Position numbers and translations under genes: made by a program. A stretch of DNA of 64,000 nt from contig CAWJBB010000041.1 of assembly GCA_963840855.1 (NCBI GenBank), positions 96,001 through 160,000 of the forward strand. The letters are read 5' to 3'. The notes beneath the pieces were generated by a model. That model was not told where the DNA came from. It did not search any database and saw only the letters and a program-made list of their open reading frames with translations. Below, one piece after another: positions 31,071 to 39,596 of the stretch (position 1 is the stretch's first letter; the number at the start of each line of letters is the position of its first letter). This stretch comes from an uncultured delta proteobacterium (GTDB lineage: Bacteria > Desulfobacterota > Binatia > UBA9968).

Positions 31071-31271
31071 ATGAAGCACCATTATAAAAAGTACGAGATA
31101 GAAACTTCAGCAAGGCAGCAGTCGAATAGCTGGTGGACAGGGAAAGCGGACATCAAGCCTTCGGTTGCTCGTGTCCGTGCCGTTCAAGTTATTGGGGACT
31201 TTATGAGCCAAATTAGTGCCGAGACTGCGGCGTTCGATCTAGCCAAGCACCAGATTGATAATGCACATTAA
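31071..31271 (+). CDS. Small hypothetical protein (66 aa); ATG lies in the ISL3 target duplication
   Basis: MKHHYKKYEIE...AETAAFDLAKHQID. Confidence 0.5.
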   Translation: MKHHYKKYEIETSARQQSNSWWTGKADIKPSVARVRAVQVIGDFMSQISAETAAFDLAKHQIDNAH

Positions 31272-31304
31272 GGCGAGCGCGAAGGTGGTGCGTGTGATTG
31301 CTGG

Positions 31305-31333
31305 TTGAAAAAGTTCCCGCCGTAAGTTTTAAT
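31305..31333 (+). promoter_or_regulatory. tRNA-Ser promoter, copy 2
   Basis: TTGAAA-N17-TTTAAT. Confidence 0.65.
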
Positions 31334-31371
31334 GCTCCTGTCCTGCCGAAGTCGTTGAAATCAAACATTGC

Positions 31372-31459
31372 GGAGGGGTGGGAGAGCGGTTTAATCCACC
31401 GGTCTTGAAAACCGGCGTCCATTCGTGGACCGCGAGTTCAAATCTCGCCCACCTCGCCA
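31372..31459 (+). pseudogene. Full-length tRNA-Ser(TGA) copy with disrupted acceptor stem
   Basis: Identical to 32557-32644 except the 3' acceptor strand CCACCTC instead of CCCCTCC (two mismatches plus one G-U against GGAGGGG). Confidence 0.8.
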
Positions 31460-31574
31460 ACACACAAAGGTCAGGAAAAAATAAATCCGTCGAGGATCTA
31501 GGCAAAGAATGAGCCGGACAGGTTCGTACCGATGCCGACCACCCAACCACTGCCTTCGGCTTGAAGGTCAAGTT

Positions 31575-31631
31575 GTTTAACGCCAAGCTCGGCGTGTGTG
31601 GCGAGCGTCGGGCTCGAGCGCAAAGTTAAGC
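31575..31631 (-). other. attC-like integron recombination site (57 bp)
   Basis: Minus strand GCTTAAC-TTTGC-GCTCGAGC ... GCCGAGC-TTGGC-GTTAAAC; antitoxin stop TAA lies inside RYYYAAC. Confidence 0.6.
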
Positions 31632-31811
31632 GGCTGACTGGTCAGTAGGTTCGGCGGTTTTCTCTGTCTTAATCAGCCGGTCCTGGTGCTGTTTCTGGAT
31701 CTCTATGTAGTAGGCCACTAACCGTGCAGGATCGTGATCAAAGCGCGCAGAGATGCGATGGCGCACTTCCCGGATCTCGTCGATTACTGGATCACTCTGA
31801 CTCTGTTTCAT
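31626..31811 (-). CDS. Small putative antitoxin partner of the PIN toxin
   Basis: DPVIDEIREVRHRIS.RFDHD motif typical of genes downstream of this PIN subfamily; overlaps toxin end. Confidence 0.65.
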   Translation of the reverse strand: MKQSQSDPVIDEIREVRHRISARFDHDPARLVAYYIEIQKQHQDRLIKTEKTAEPTDQSAA

Positions 31812-32286
31812 CACTACCTCCAAGCAGTTCCAAGGGCGTCACCAGCGCCGGCACAAAGAGACCAAGCAACACGTTCACGCGGTGAATGTGGCCGAATTTG
31901 TTCGCATTTGCCAAGTGCCGGCAATTCCATGTCACCAGAAAGTCGCATTTGTGATAGGACGCCAGCGCCAAGTGCAGCGCATCACCAGCGGGATTGGCAG
32001 GCATCACCCTGTGCCGGATATATGCCTGTACGATCTCGGCGATGGCCGGCTCAATGGGCAAGAGCGGCAGGTCACGAACGAGGGCAAGTCGCTGCGCACT
32101 GCGCTCCGGTATACCGCCGGTTAGCTCGTCCAGCACGGCTGGGCTGGTAACCAGCTCATAGCGGTCGGGCGCGCCTTCCCACCACTGCCGCGTCCACTCC
32201 CGGCGCGCCACGATATCAGGAGCGGACCGCGCTTCGTGGTAAAAGCTAGGGATCGTCGTCTCAACGTAAACGCGAGGTTTAGGCAT
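31792..32286 (-). CDS. PIN-domain (VapC-like) toxin
   Basis: VYVETTIPSF, S..VLDE, DALHLALA, DFLVTWNCRHLAN. Confidence 0.85.
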   Translation of the reverse strand: MPKPRVYVETTIPSFYHEARSAPDIVARREWTRQWWEGAPDRYELVTSPAVLDELTGGIPERSAQRLALVRDLPLLPIEPAIAEIVQAYIRHRVMPANPAGDALHLALASYHKCDFLVTWNCRHLANANKFGHIHRVNVLLGLFVPALVTPLELLGGSDETESE

Positions 32287-32489
32287 TGTTGATAAGATAC
32301 CGCACTTAATCTGCAAGGAACAGGGCTAATAAGCCGGAAAAATCATAGAGCGCGCATAGATGAATAATCGGAGGTGTCGCTGTGAGAGGCTGGCCGGTTA
32401 TCCACTTTGGGGCAGATGCTTTCGCTCATGAGGAAACCTTATTCGTCACACCCAAAATGCGCGCGCAAGATTGAGATTCCGGTTATTGG

Positions 32490-32518
32490 TTGTAAAAGTT
32501 TCCGCCGTAAGTTTTAAT
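32490..32518 (+). promoter_or_regulatory. tRNA-Ser promoter, copy 3
   Basis: TTGTAA-N17-TTTAAT directly upstream of the intact tRNA. Confidence 0.65.
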
Positions 32519-32556
32519 ACTCGTGTCCTGCCGAAGTTGTTGAAATCAAACATTGC

Positions 32557-32644
32557 GGAGGGGTGGGAGAGCGGTTTAATCCACCGGTCTTGAAAACCGG
32601 CGTCCATTCGTGGACCGCGAGTTCAAATCTCGCCCCCTCCGCCA
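32557..32644 (+). tRNA. tRNA-Ser(TGA), intact
   Basis: Acceptor GGAGGGG/CCCCTCC, anticodon arm CCGGT-CTTGAAA-ACCGG, long variable arm GTCCA-TTCG-TGGAC, T arm GCGAG-TTCAAAT-CTCGC, G73, encoded CCA. Confidence 0.95.
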
Positions 32645-32870
32645 ATTTTCAATACTGTCGCCCGTTGAATGCTACTTCCGGCAGAAGCGGTTTTCCGGAG
32701 AAGCCTTTCCGTTTGCATTCTGCGTAGCTCGCCTGAAACCGAGTTTCGGGTACCCAGCACCCGCGGCTTATCTTAATGCGATCTTCTCCTCAGTTTCCTC
32801 GCATGCCTCCCGTAGCGGTTTTCCTGTTACGAATGTAAAGAAACAAGACTTGACCCTCGGCGGCCATTTT
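32645..32870 (+). repeat. Conserved 226-bp left arm, copy 1
   Basis: Near-identical to 34528-34753 (about 8 substitutions by eye). Confidence 0.9.
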
Positions 32871-33042
32871 TAGCGATAACTCCCTGTTTTTTTGGCTTTT
32901 GCGTTTTTTCACTCCCTGAATTATTTTTCATGAATTGCAGAAAAGCGGTCTTTTTGCAGGCGAATTGATAAATGAATTGATAAATGGGACGGGTCAACGT
33001 GTCCACGAGCGCCGTCTAACCATCTCTAGAGAGAGGGCAAAC

Positions 33043-33669
33043 ATGCTTAAACAGTTTTGGCAATGGCTCAAGGGAAACCTAGCCTATGACGTCACCAAGT
33101 ACGTACTGGAGTCGAAACTAATCATGTCGGCGATTAGTGCGGGCGTCGCTGGATTTATTGTTGTCTGGAATAACTATGGTCCTTTGGTTCTTTTTTTTGC
33201 CATTCTTCTTGCCGCTAGCCTGGCAGCTAACCTCGCTAGTGATATTAGCGCCTGGCGAAAGGCCATAGTGCGTGGCAAGCGTCACTATTTAGTTCCGGCG
33301 ATACTGCTCGGAATCGGCTTGATAGGTTTGTGGTATTGGGGCGGCGGTTATGAAGTCACTCTTGACCAGGCAATGCCTAATCATTCGGCGCTTTTCAGAC
33401 AGTGGAATGCCATACCGCTGACGGAGGTCGACCAGAGAGTCTTCCATAAGACCACGGTCGTTCTTGACGGTAAGCGTTTCAAGAAAGATTGCGTCTTCGA
33501 CAATGTGCAGTTTGTTTTCAACGGTACCGCGCCATACAAGGTCGGTGGCTGTAGGATCATGGGTAAAAACTCCATCTCGACAGGGAATCCCTCGTTGGAG
33601 CAATTTGCAATTTTGTTTTTGCAATTACGTTTTTACAACCCAGGGGTTTCGCGCGAATTACTCAAGTAG
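33043..33669 (+). CDS. Hypothetical membrane protein (about 3 TM plus soluble C-terminal domain)
   Basis: Low-GC ORF with GAGGG RBS; hydrophobic segments. Confidence 0.55.
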   Translation: MLKQFWQWLKGNLAYDVTKYVLESKLIMSAISAGVAGFIVVWNNYGPLVLFFAILLAASLAANLASDISAWRKAIVRGKRHYLVPAILLGIGLIGLWYWGGGYEVTLDQAMPNHSALFRQWNAIPLTEVDQRVFHKTTVVLDGKRFKKDCVFDNVQFVFNGTAPYKVGGCRIMGKNSISTGNPSLEQFAILFLQLRFYNPGVSRELLK

Positions 33670-34180
33670 GGTGTTTCATCGAAACAAACGCCACGCCACG
33701 GAACGAAGCGCCGATAAGCAGCAACCGCACTTCGCGCAAGTAGGCTGGCTTTTCAGGAATTTTTCTTTGGAAATTCTGTTCATATCGTGGGTGGATTGGT
33801 GCATCTATATCGCCAGGCAAGGCGACCGGTCAAGCGAAAAAGTGGATGGTGCTCGGCGGGTCATTCGGACCTGCTGCTGGCTGAGGGCTAGTATGCTTCC
33901 TGACTTCCGGTCTATATCGTCCAGCGGGCGAACGGTCAAGGGACTCCTGCGCTTTCGGCCTCTTCCATGGTAAAATTATAGAATCTTTGCTGCGGGCGGA
34001 GGAGGTTGGGGATGAGTAACAACGTGGAAATAATTGGGTTGCCGCTTCAGTCGATTCTGGTGATGGGCGAGGCGATACGATGAGCAGCATCAAGGCAACC
34101 TGCAAAGCAGCCACCAGCATCGAGCTGGCAGAACTTCAGCCGCTCCAAGGAAACCTGAAGGAATTGTCCCTCGCGGCGAC

Positions 34181-34297
34181 GTGAACCTTTGCCCCGACAT
34201 CGACCGACTGTGCTATGAGTGTCTCGTCAAAGCATTCAGCGCCCGACTTATCGTGCATCCAGCCGAGCCGTCAGGCGAGCCTACGTGTTGCCGTTAG
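34181..34297 (+). CDS. Cys-rich micro-ORF, copy a (38 aa)
   Basis: VNLCPDIDRLCYECLVKAFSARLIVHPAEPSGEPTCCR; many synonymous differences versus copies at 41473 and 42986. Confidence 0.45.
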   Translation: MNLCPDIDRLCYECLVKAFSARLIVHPAEPSGEPTCCR

Positions 34298-34299
34298 CT

Positions 34300-34467
34300 C
34301 AAAAGCTGCTTGGTTTCGGCAGTACAACCGTAGTACAAAACGCGTGTTGGAATGAGCCTATCTGTGGCGGAATGGGGAAACATGAAAGCGAAGGGAAAGC
34401 GCAAGAAAAACAGACGTTTAGAGCTTAAATCGTTATTTCTCATGCGCTTACGATACCCCTAGATAAG
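34300..34467 (+). repeat. Conserved right arm, copy 1, with AGTACAA x2 at 11-bp period
   Basis: Homologous to 44485-44648; AGTACAA at 34321 and 34332. Confidence 0.75.
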
Positions 34468-34527
34468 CGGTCTTGAAAACCGGCGTCCATTCGTGGACCG
34501 CGAGTTCAAATCTCGCCCCCTCCGCCA
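34468..34527 (+). repeat. tRNA-Ser 3' fragment (anticodon arm to CCA), att-like
   Basis: Identical to 32585-32644. Confidence 0.92.
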
Positions 34528-34753
34528 ATTTTCAATACTGTCACCCGTTCAATGCTACATCCGGCAGAAGCGGTTTTCCGGCGAAGCCTTTCCGTTTGCA
34601 TTCTGCGTAGCTCGCCTGAAACCGAGTTTCGGGTACCCAGCAGCCGCGGCTTATCTTAATGCGATCTTCTCCTCAGTTTCCTAGCATGCCTCCCGTAGTG
34701 GTTTTCCTGTTACGAATGTAAAGAAACAGGACTTGACCCTCGGCGGCCATTTT
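34528..34753 (+). repeat. Conserved 226-bp left arm, copy 2
   Basis: See 32645-32870. Confidence 0.9.
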
Positions 34754-34968
34754 GTCGGAAGCGCGACCTTTCGTTACCGCATGGGCGTCGACTCCGGCAA
34801 CTACCAGGTGACATCGAGCGTTGTCATCAATTCAGGCCCGTCTATCGTCGATGTATTGAACTACGGGCGGTTCACCGACTTTTCCTTCAGCGCTGCTAAC
34901 TCCCAAGTGCCGACGTACTATATATTTGGAGAACCGATACGGTAATTAACCGACAAACATGAAAATGT

Positions 34969-35388
34969 CTAGCTGACCAATTCTAAGAAGTGTGGCCCTT
35001 CTTTGAACCGAGGATTGTTCCTAATCATATCGCGAGCTACGTCAAAAAAATCGCTCGGCCCGTAAACGAACCTATGCGAAAAGGCGACCTGGAGTGAATT
35101 GAGATTAAGCACGTTGTCAGGATTCATATTTATCGGTGTTCCATCTGTCATCCCAGCAATGAACTGTTCAATTAGAGCATCTCGTTGACCGAGCATTGTT
35201 TTAACTTCTGGACGAACTCCCCGCAATTCGACGTAGCGCTCATAGGCTTTAGTGAACTCTTCTTCATGACTTGGGCAAAGAATTCCAAGAGAGAACTTAG
35301 CACTAAGCGGCATGTAAATTTCGATACCTTCAACACCCAAACCAAGATTTCCGGCGAGCCCAAACGTTTTTTTGTTGGTGCCGAACAT
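34969..35388 (-). pseudogene. C-terminal fragment resembling DUF4238 proteins
   Basis: G.EIYMPLS.KFSL and V..LN.LQ..FS.RFVY; no N-terminal half present. Confidence 0.5.
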
Positions 35389-35491
35389 TATGGTGGGAAA
35401 TGTTCATCGGTTCCCTGTGGATCAGGTGATTACTTGGCTGCAAGGTGCGTGCGGTTAGGCACTTCTAAGGTAAGTTCCCGGCAGCTCGTGA

Positions 35492-36184
35492 TTACTGGAG
35501 TGCGCGGTTTGAGGTTCTCGTAGTGCCACTCTTACCGGGAAAGTCTTCAAACAATGTCTTGATCATTGTAGGTAACACAACCGACACCTGCTCGCTTGAA
35601 CCGCTGCTAACGACTTTCCCTTCATAAAGTTTCTTCATCTTGCTCTCAGCGAGCGCGTTCTTATCAAGCAGTTCAAACGTCAAAAACCGCGTGTAATGAG
35701 TTTGGGAAGTGACGCCGCTACCGACAACGCCGTACGTAGGCGTATAGGTGGTGCTTCCAGAATAGGTGCCAAAAGTCCCGTAGTTTTGAACAGTTCCGTA
35801 GGTTGTGCTTGAGGATACGCCGGTTTGGCCAAATATCGGATAGGACGAAACGACCTGCTTACCCGTATCAATCCCATAGGAAAAGACAACGATCAAGTCA
35901 GCCTCTGCTGATGGGGTCTCCTTGAAACCTTTTGCATCTAGTTCTTGCCTGACAACATTTTCGTAGGATCGATGTTCAAGACTATGCTCCTGTTCTTTCA
36001 ACGGAATCATTGCATAAGTGGTTCCAGCAAAGCCCTGTGGAAGATCATGAAAGACCACAACTTGAGAGCGTACCATCGTACAACCCGATTGCACTACTAT
36101 CAGAAATATCGCTACTAACAGAGTCCTCGCAGTGGCACTCTGCTGGCCGGAGCAGTCCAGCGTGATTCCGGGTAGTTTTCTCAT
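35492..36184 (-). CDS. DUF4136-like lipoprotein
   Basis: Lipobox QSGC, SLEHRSYE..VRQEL..KGF, ADLIV.FSY, YEGKVVSSG, MIKTLFEDFPG. Confidence 0.7.
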   Translation of the reverse strand: MRKLPGITLDCSGQQSATARTLLVAIFLIVVQSGCTMVRSQVVVFHDLPQGFAGTTYAMIPLKEQEHSLEHRSYENVVRQELDAKGFKETPSAEADLIVVFSYGIDTGKQVVSSYPIFGQTGVSSSTTYGTVQNYGTFGTYSGSTTYTPTYGVVGSGVTSQTHYTRFLTFELLDKNALAESKMKKLYEGKVVSSGSSEQVSVVLPTMIKTLFEDFPGKSGTTRTSNRALQ

Positions 36185-36396
36185 AGTCTCCTCTAGGGTG
36201 AAAACTGGAAACCTTCTATCACTACACCGTAGCGGCGGTCAATTGCATAATGAATAAGAGACAGAGGGGTGCGACCGCGATGTCATCTGCAACCAGCCAC
36301 GCAGTAGCACCCACAACCCGCCTGCGACAGTGAGAATTCCGACAGTAATGATTTCTTTATAGTCCAGCCATGTCTCCATTTGTGGGACTGATGCTT

Positions 36397-36797
36397 TCAC
36401 CTAACCATATCCACCGCGCGTGCTACGAGGCGCGTTTTGTCTTCGCCGCCTTTCAGACATTCCTTGTTCCAGATTCGAGCGAATCCAGGGTTGTTTTCAC
36501 TCGTGCTCATTTTGTCCTTGGTGATGACGGCGTTACCGCGCGTCATGCCTCCAAAGCCGTTTTGACTCCGATACTGATAGCAAACGACTTTCTCTTTAGG
36601 CATGATGTTGACGCTTTCAAGTTTGAAACTGTCAGGGTTTCGCATTGCATCGCGCAGGGTGAGCGCACCTGCTGTAGCCCATTGGAAGTCCTCATTTTCC
36701 TTGATCTGAGCCTGGTTTTAGGCTGTTGCCGCTCTGAGCAATTTCCGACGATCACGAGCAACACCACGACGCCGAATAAAAACGCCAATAACTTCAT
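36397..36797 (-). CDS. Small secreted hypothetical protein, frameshift near 36710
   Basis: Signal peptide in ORF 36543-36797 continues into MRNPDSF...VCYQYRSQNGFGG in ORF 36397-36645. Confidence 0.5.
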
Positions 36798-37033
36798 AAT
36801 TCACCGCTTTCTAGTGGGAGAGGGACTCTAGGCTTATTGTGCGGTGGCTTTGCCCTCCAATTCTCCGACCCTACCACAGCGCCAAAAAATTCCTCCGCGA
36901 GCCTGGCGAGGTCTCGCAGCGGGGTTCCAGCGGCGATCTCTTTTTGAATTCGGCGGCCCGCTTGTGGATCACCCTTAGAGTAGGCCGCGTAGTCCAACGC
37001 GGCGATTTGCTCGCTGTTGTAAGTTTTCAACAT
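36794..37033 (-). CDS. Hypothetical protein (79 aa)
   Basis: GGAG RBS; stop overlaps start of the next gene. Confidence 0.4.
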   Translation of the reverse strand: MLKTYNSEQIAALDYAAYSKGDPQAGRRIQKEIAAGTPLRDLARLAEEFFGAVVGSENWRAKPPHNKPRVPLPLESGEL

Positions 37034-37184
37034 CGGTTTTACTCCTCCTCGTCGGCTTCGTCGGCTTCAAGTTTAGCTAGTTTCTGTCGCGAAACTCGCA
37101 ACTCACTGCTAAATCAAGAAGTTTTTACTTCTTAGCTTCATTTTTTACTTGACAAGCATGTATGCCTTATGGCACACATAGAAC

Positions 37185-37565
37185 ATGTCGCGCAAAACTG
37201 AAACTGCCGCCGATGTCGAGCAATGGTTCCAAAAACAAGCCGCAGGGCTGTGGCCGGCTGCGCTGGGGTCGTTGAGCCTGCGGCGAAGTCCCTGCGTGCG
37301 CGAACACTGCGCAGCCTGCCGCTCGGGCGAACAGCACCCCAGTCATATCCTATACGTGCGCATTAAAGGACGCCGCTTTGCGGTTTACATCCCAGAGCCA
37401 TTGGTCCCAGAGATACGGCTTAGCCTCGACAACGGCCGTGTTCTTCAGGAGCTGCTGCATCAAACCGCTCTTCGATATACCAAAGCCCTCAAGCATCAAA
37501 GGACCACAAAGATTCAAAAGATCAACCATGACAAGAGTCGTCGAACCGCAAGTCAGCTTCGCTGA
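37185..37565 (+). CDS. IS accessory ORF (Zn-ribbon, DUF6788-like)
   Basis: GSLSLRRSPC...C.AC..GEQH; C-terminus extended by a 1-nt difference versus copy 2. Confidence 0.7.
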   Translation: MSRKTETAADVEQWFQKQAAGLWPAALGSLSLRRSPCVREHCAACRSGEQHPSHILYVRIKGRRFAVYIPEPLVPEIRLSLDNGRVLQELLHQTALRYTKALKHQRTTKIQKINHDKSRRTASQLR

Positions 37566-38946
37566 TCTGGAATTTCTCACTCAGGGGATCGATCTCGACC
37601 CGATTCTCAAGAGGATGTCCGACTTCCTCGATTATCGGCCACAGATCATCGAGCCGGTGCGCCAAGATCTTCAGCTGGGTCTGAAAAAGCCTGCCACCGG
37701 CCGCACAGCCATGACCCCGGCGCAGGTGCTTCGGTCGCTGATCCTGATGCGAGTGAAGAACTGGGACTATCGGGAACTCAGCGAACGAATCGCTGACGGA
37801 TACACGTTGCGCCGATTCACGGGTTTTTACAGCCGGCGCGTACCCAAGCATGACGCTTTCAATCGGGCCTTTAATAAACTGCACCCCAAAACCATACAAG
37901 CCATCAATGACTTGGTCCTTAAAGCTGCCGTCGATCTGGGACTGGAGGACGGCAAGAGACTGCGCGTCGATACGACGGTCACCGAAACCGATATCCATCA
38001 TCCAACCGATAATACTTTGCTCTGGGATGTAGTGCGCGTCCTGACGCGGCTCATCGATCGTCTCGGAAAACTTCTTCCCAATGGGATCGATAACTTTACT
38101 AACCGCACACGCTGTGCACGCCGTCGCATGCAAGAGATCCAACGCATGACAGCGAGGCAACGCCACACCCAGCAAAAGGGTAAATATCGCCAACTCATCG
38201 GGACCACCGAGCAGGTCGTCCAAAATGCCCGAGGGGTGCTCGAAAAGACCAAAGATCAATGCGCTGTTGACCTGCTGGACGACATTATCATTAGCGAGCT
38301 TCGAAGAAAGATCGATCACTACTGCCAACTCGGCACCCGCGTCATCGATCAGAGCAGCCGGCGCGTGCTCAAGGGAGAGCAGGTTCCAACCGAGGAGAAA
38401 ATCTACTCGATCTTTGAACCCCACAGTGATCTGATCAAGCGGGGGAAAGTACAAAAGCCGATGGAGTTTGGCCACAAGATCTTTCTCGCTGAAAGTGCCC
38501 GCGGTTTGATCACCCAGTACCGCGTGCTTGAAGGTAATCCCTCCGATCACATCCACGTCACGCCGTCGCTGAAGCGTCATCAGGAGACTTTCGGTTTGGC
38601 TCCCGATTGGTACACTGGTGACCGCGGCTTTTTCAGCGCTGCGAACATCAAAGCATGCCAGGATAGCACTGTGAAGCTCGTCTGCATTCCGCAGTGCGGT
38701 GGCAAAAGGACCTCCCAACGCGAAGCGCTCGAAAAGAGCTCAGAGTTCAAGAAAGGACAACGCTTCCGCGCAGGCATTGAGGGCCGCATATCCGTGCTCT
38801 TTCGCGGCCGCGGCATGAAGCGCTGTTTGGCCGAGGGACCTGAGCGCTTTGAGATGTTGGTCGGCGCCGCTGTGCTTACCAACAACCTCATGAACATCGC
38901 TCACCTGTTAAACCAAAAGAACAAACGGCTACGACGAGCGGCGTAG
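37528..38946 (+). CDS. DDE transposase (IS5-like/ISNCY)
   Basis: RVDTTVTETDIHHPTD, EFGHK, GDRGF, RFRAGIEGRIS. Confidence 0.9.
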   Translation: MTRVVEPQVSFADLEFLTQGIDLDPILKRMSDFLDYRPQIIEPVRQDLQLGLKKPATGRTAMTPAQVLRSLILMRVKNWDYRELSERIADGYTLRRFTGFYSRRVPKHDAFNRAFNKLHPKTIQAINDLVLKAAVDLGLEDGKRLRVDTTVTETDIHHPTDNTLLWDVVRVLTRLIDRLGKLLPNGIDNFTNRTRCARRRMQEIQRMTARQRHTQQKGKYRQLIGTTEQVVQNARGVLEKTKDQCAVDLLDDIIISELRRKIDHYCQLGTRVIDQSSRRVLKGEQVPTEEKIYSIFEPHSDLIKRGKVQKPMEFGHKIFLAESARGLITQYRVLEGNPSDHIHVTPSLKRHQETFGLAPDWYTGDRGFFSAANIKACQDSTVKLVCIPQCGGKRTSQREALEKSSEFKKGQRFRAGIEGRISVLFRGRGMKRCLAEGPERFEMLVGAAVLTNNLMNIAHLLNQKNKRLRRAA

Positions 38947-39248
38947 CCACTGTCGCTCTCAAACGTTCATTCGACGCTCCCTGGGCGTAGTCTTTTCTGC
39001 CATCACTGCGCGGTCCATCGAACACCCCACACGACTCTTTGCTGTCCACTTTCAGCTCAAAATGATAGAACTATGTCAGAGAAAAAACTTGGCCCATGTC
39101 GCACCCGTAAGATTTTTGCGAGTTTCGCGACAGAAACTAGCTAGTTTCTGTCGCGAAACTCGCAACTCACTGCTAAATCAAGAATTTTTTACTTCTTAGT
39201 TTCATTTTTTACTTGACAAGCATGTATGCCTTATGGCACACATAGAAC

Positions 39249-39596
39249 ATGTCGCGCAAAACTGAAACTGCCGCCGATGTCGAGCAATGGTTCCAAAAAC
39301 AAGCCGCAGGGCTGTGGCCGGCTGCGCTGGGGTCGTTGAGCCTGCGGCGAAGTCCCTGCGTGCGCGAACACTGCGCAGCCTGCCGTTCGGGCGAACAGCA
39401 CCCCAGTCATATCCTATACGTGCGCATTAAAGGACGCCGCTTTGCGATTTACATCCCAGAGCCATTGGTCCCAGAGATACGGCTTAGCCTCGACAACGGC
39501 CGTGTTCTTCAGGAGCTGCTGCATCAAACCGCTCTTCGATATACCAAAGCCCTCAAGCATCAAAGGACCACAAAGATTCAAAAGATCAAACCATGA
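39249..39596 (+). CDS. IS accessory ORF (DUF6788-like)
   Basis: ATGA overlap with the transposase. Confidence 0.7.
   Translation: MSRKTETAADVEQWFQKQAAGLWPAALGSLSLRRSPCVREHCAACRSGEQHPSHILYVRIKGRRFAIYIPEPLVPEIRLSLDNGRVLQELLHQTALRYTKALKHQRTTKIQKIKP

Larger units (their letters stand above)
32645..34527. mobile_element. Integrase-less tRNA-Ser islet A (about 1.9 kb)
   Basis: Bounded by the tRNA and a 60-bp tRNA 3' repeat; arms shared with islet B. Confidence 0.7.
37080..39137 (+). mobile_element. IS5-like/ISNCY insertion sequence, copy 1
   Basis: Perfect IR GTTTCTGTCGCGAAACTCGCAA at both ends; flanked by TAGCTA. Confidence 0.9.

Noticed and set aside
32610-32873. ORFs MDREFKSRPLRQ... (also 34493-34684) and minus-strand ORFs 31213-31586 and 44479-44829
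   Set aside because: They overlap tRNA sequence; the second copy has a premature stop; shadow ORFs
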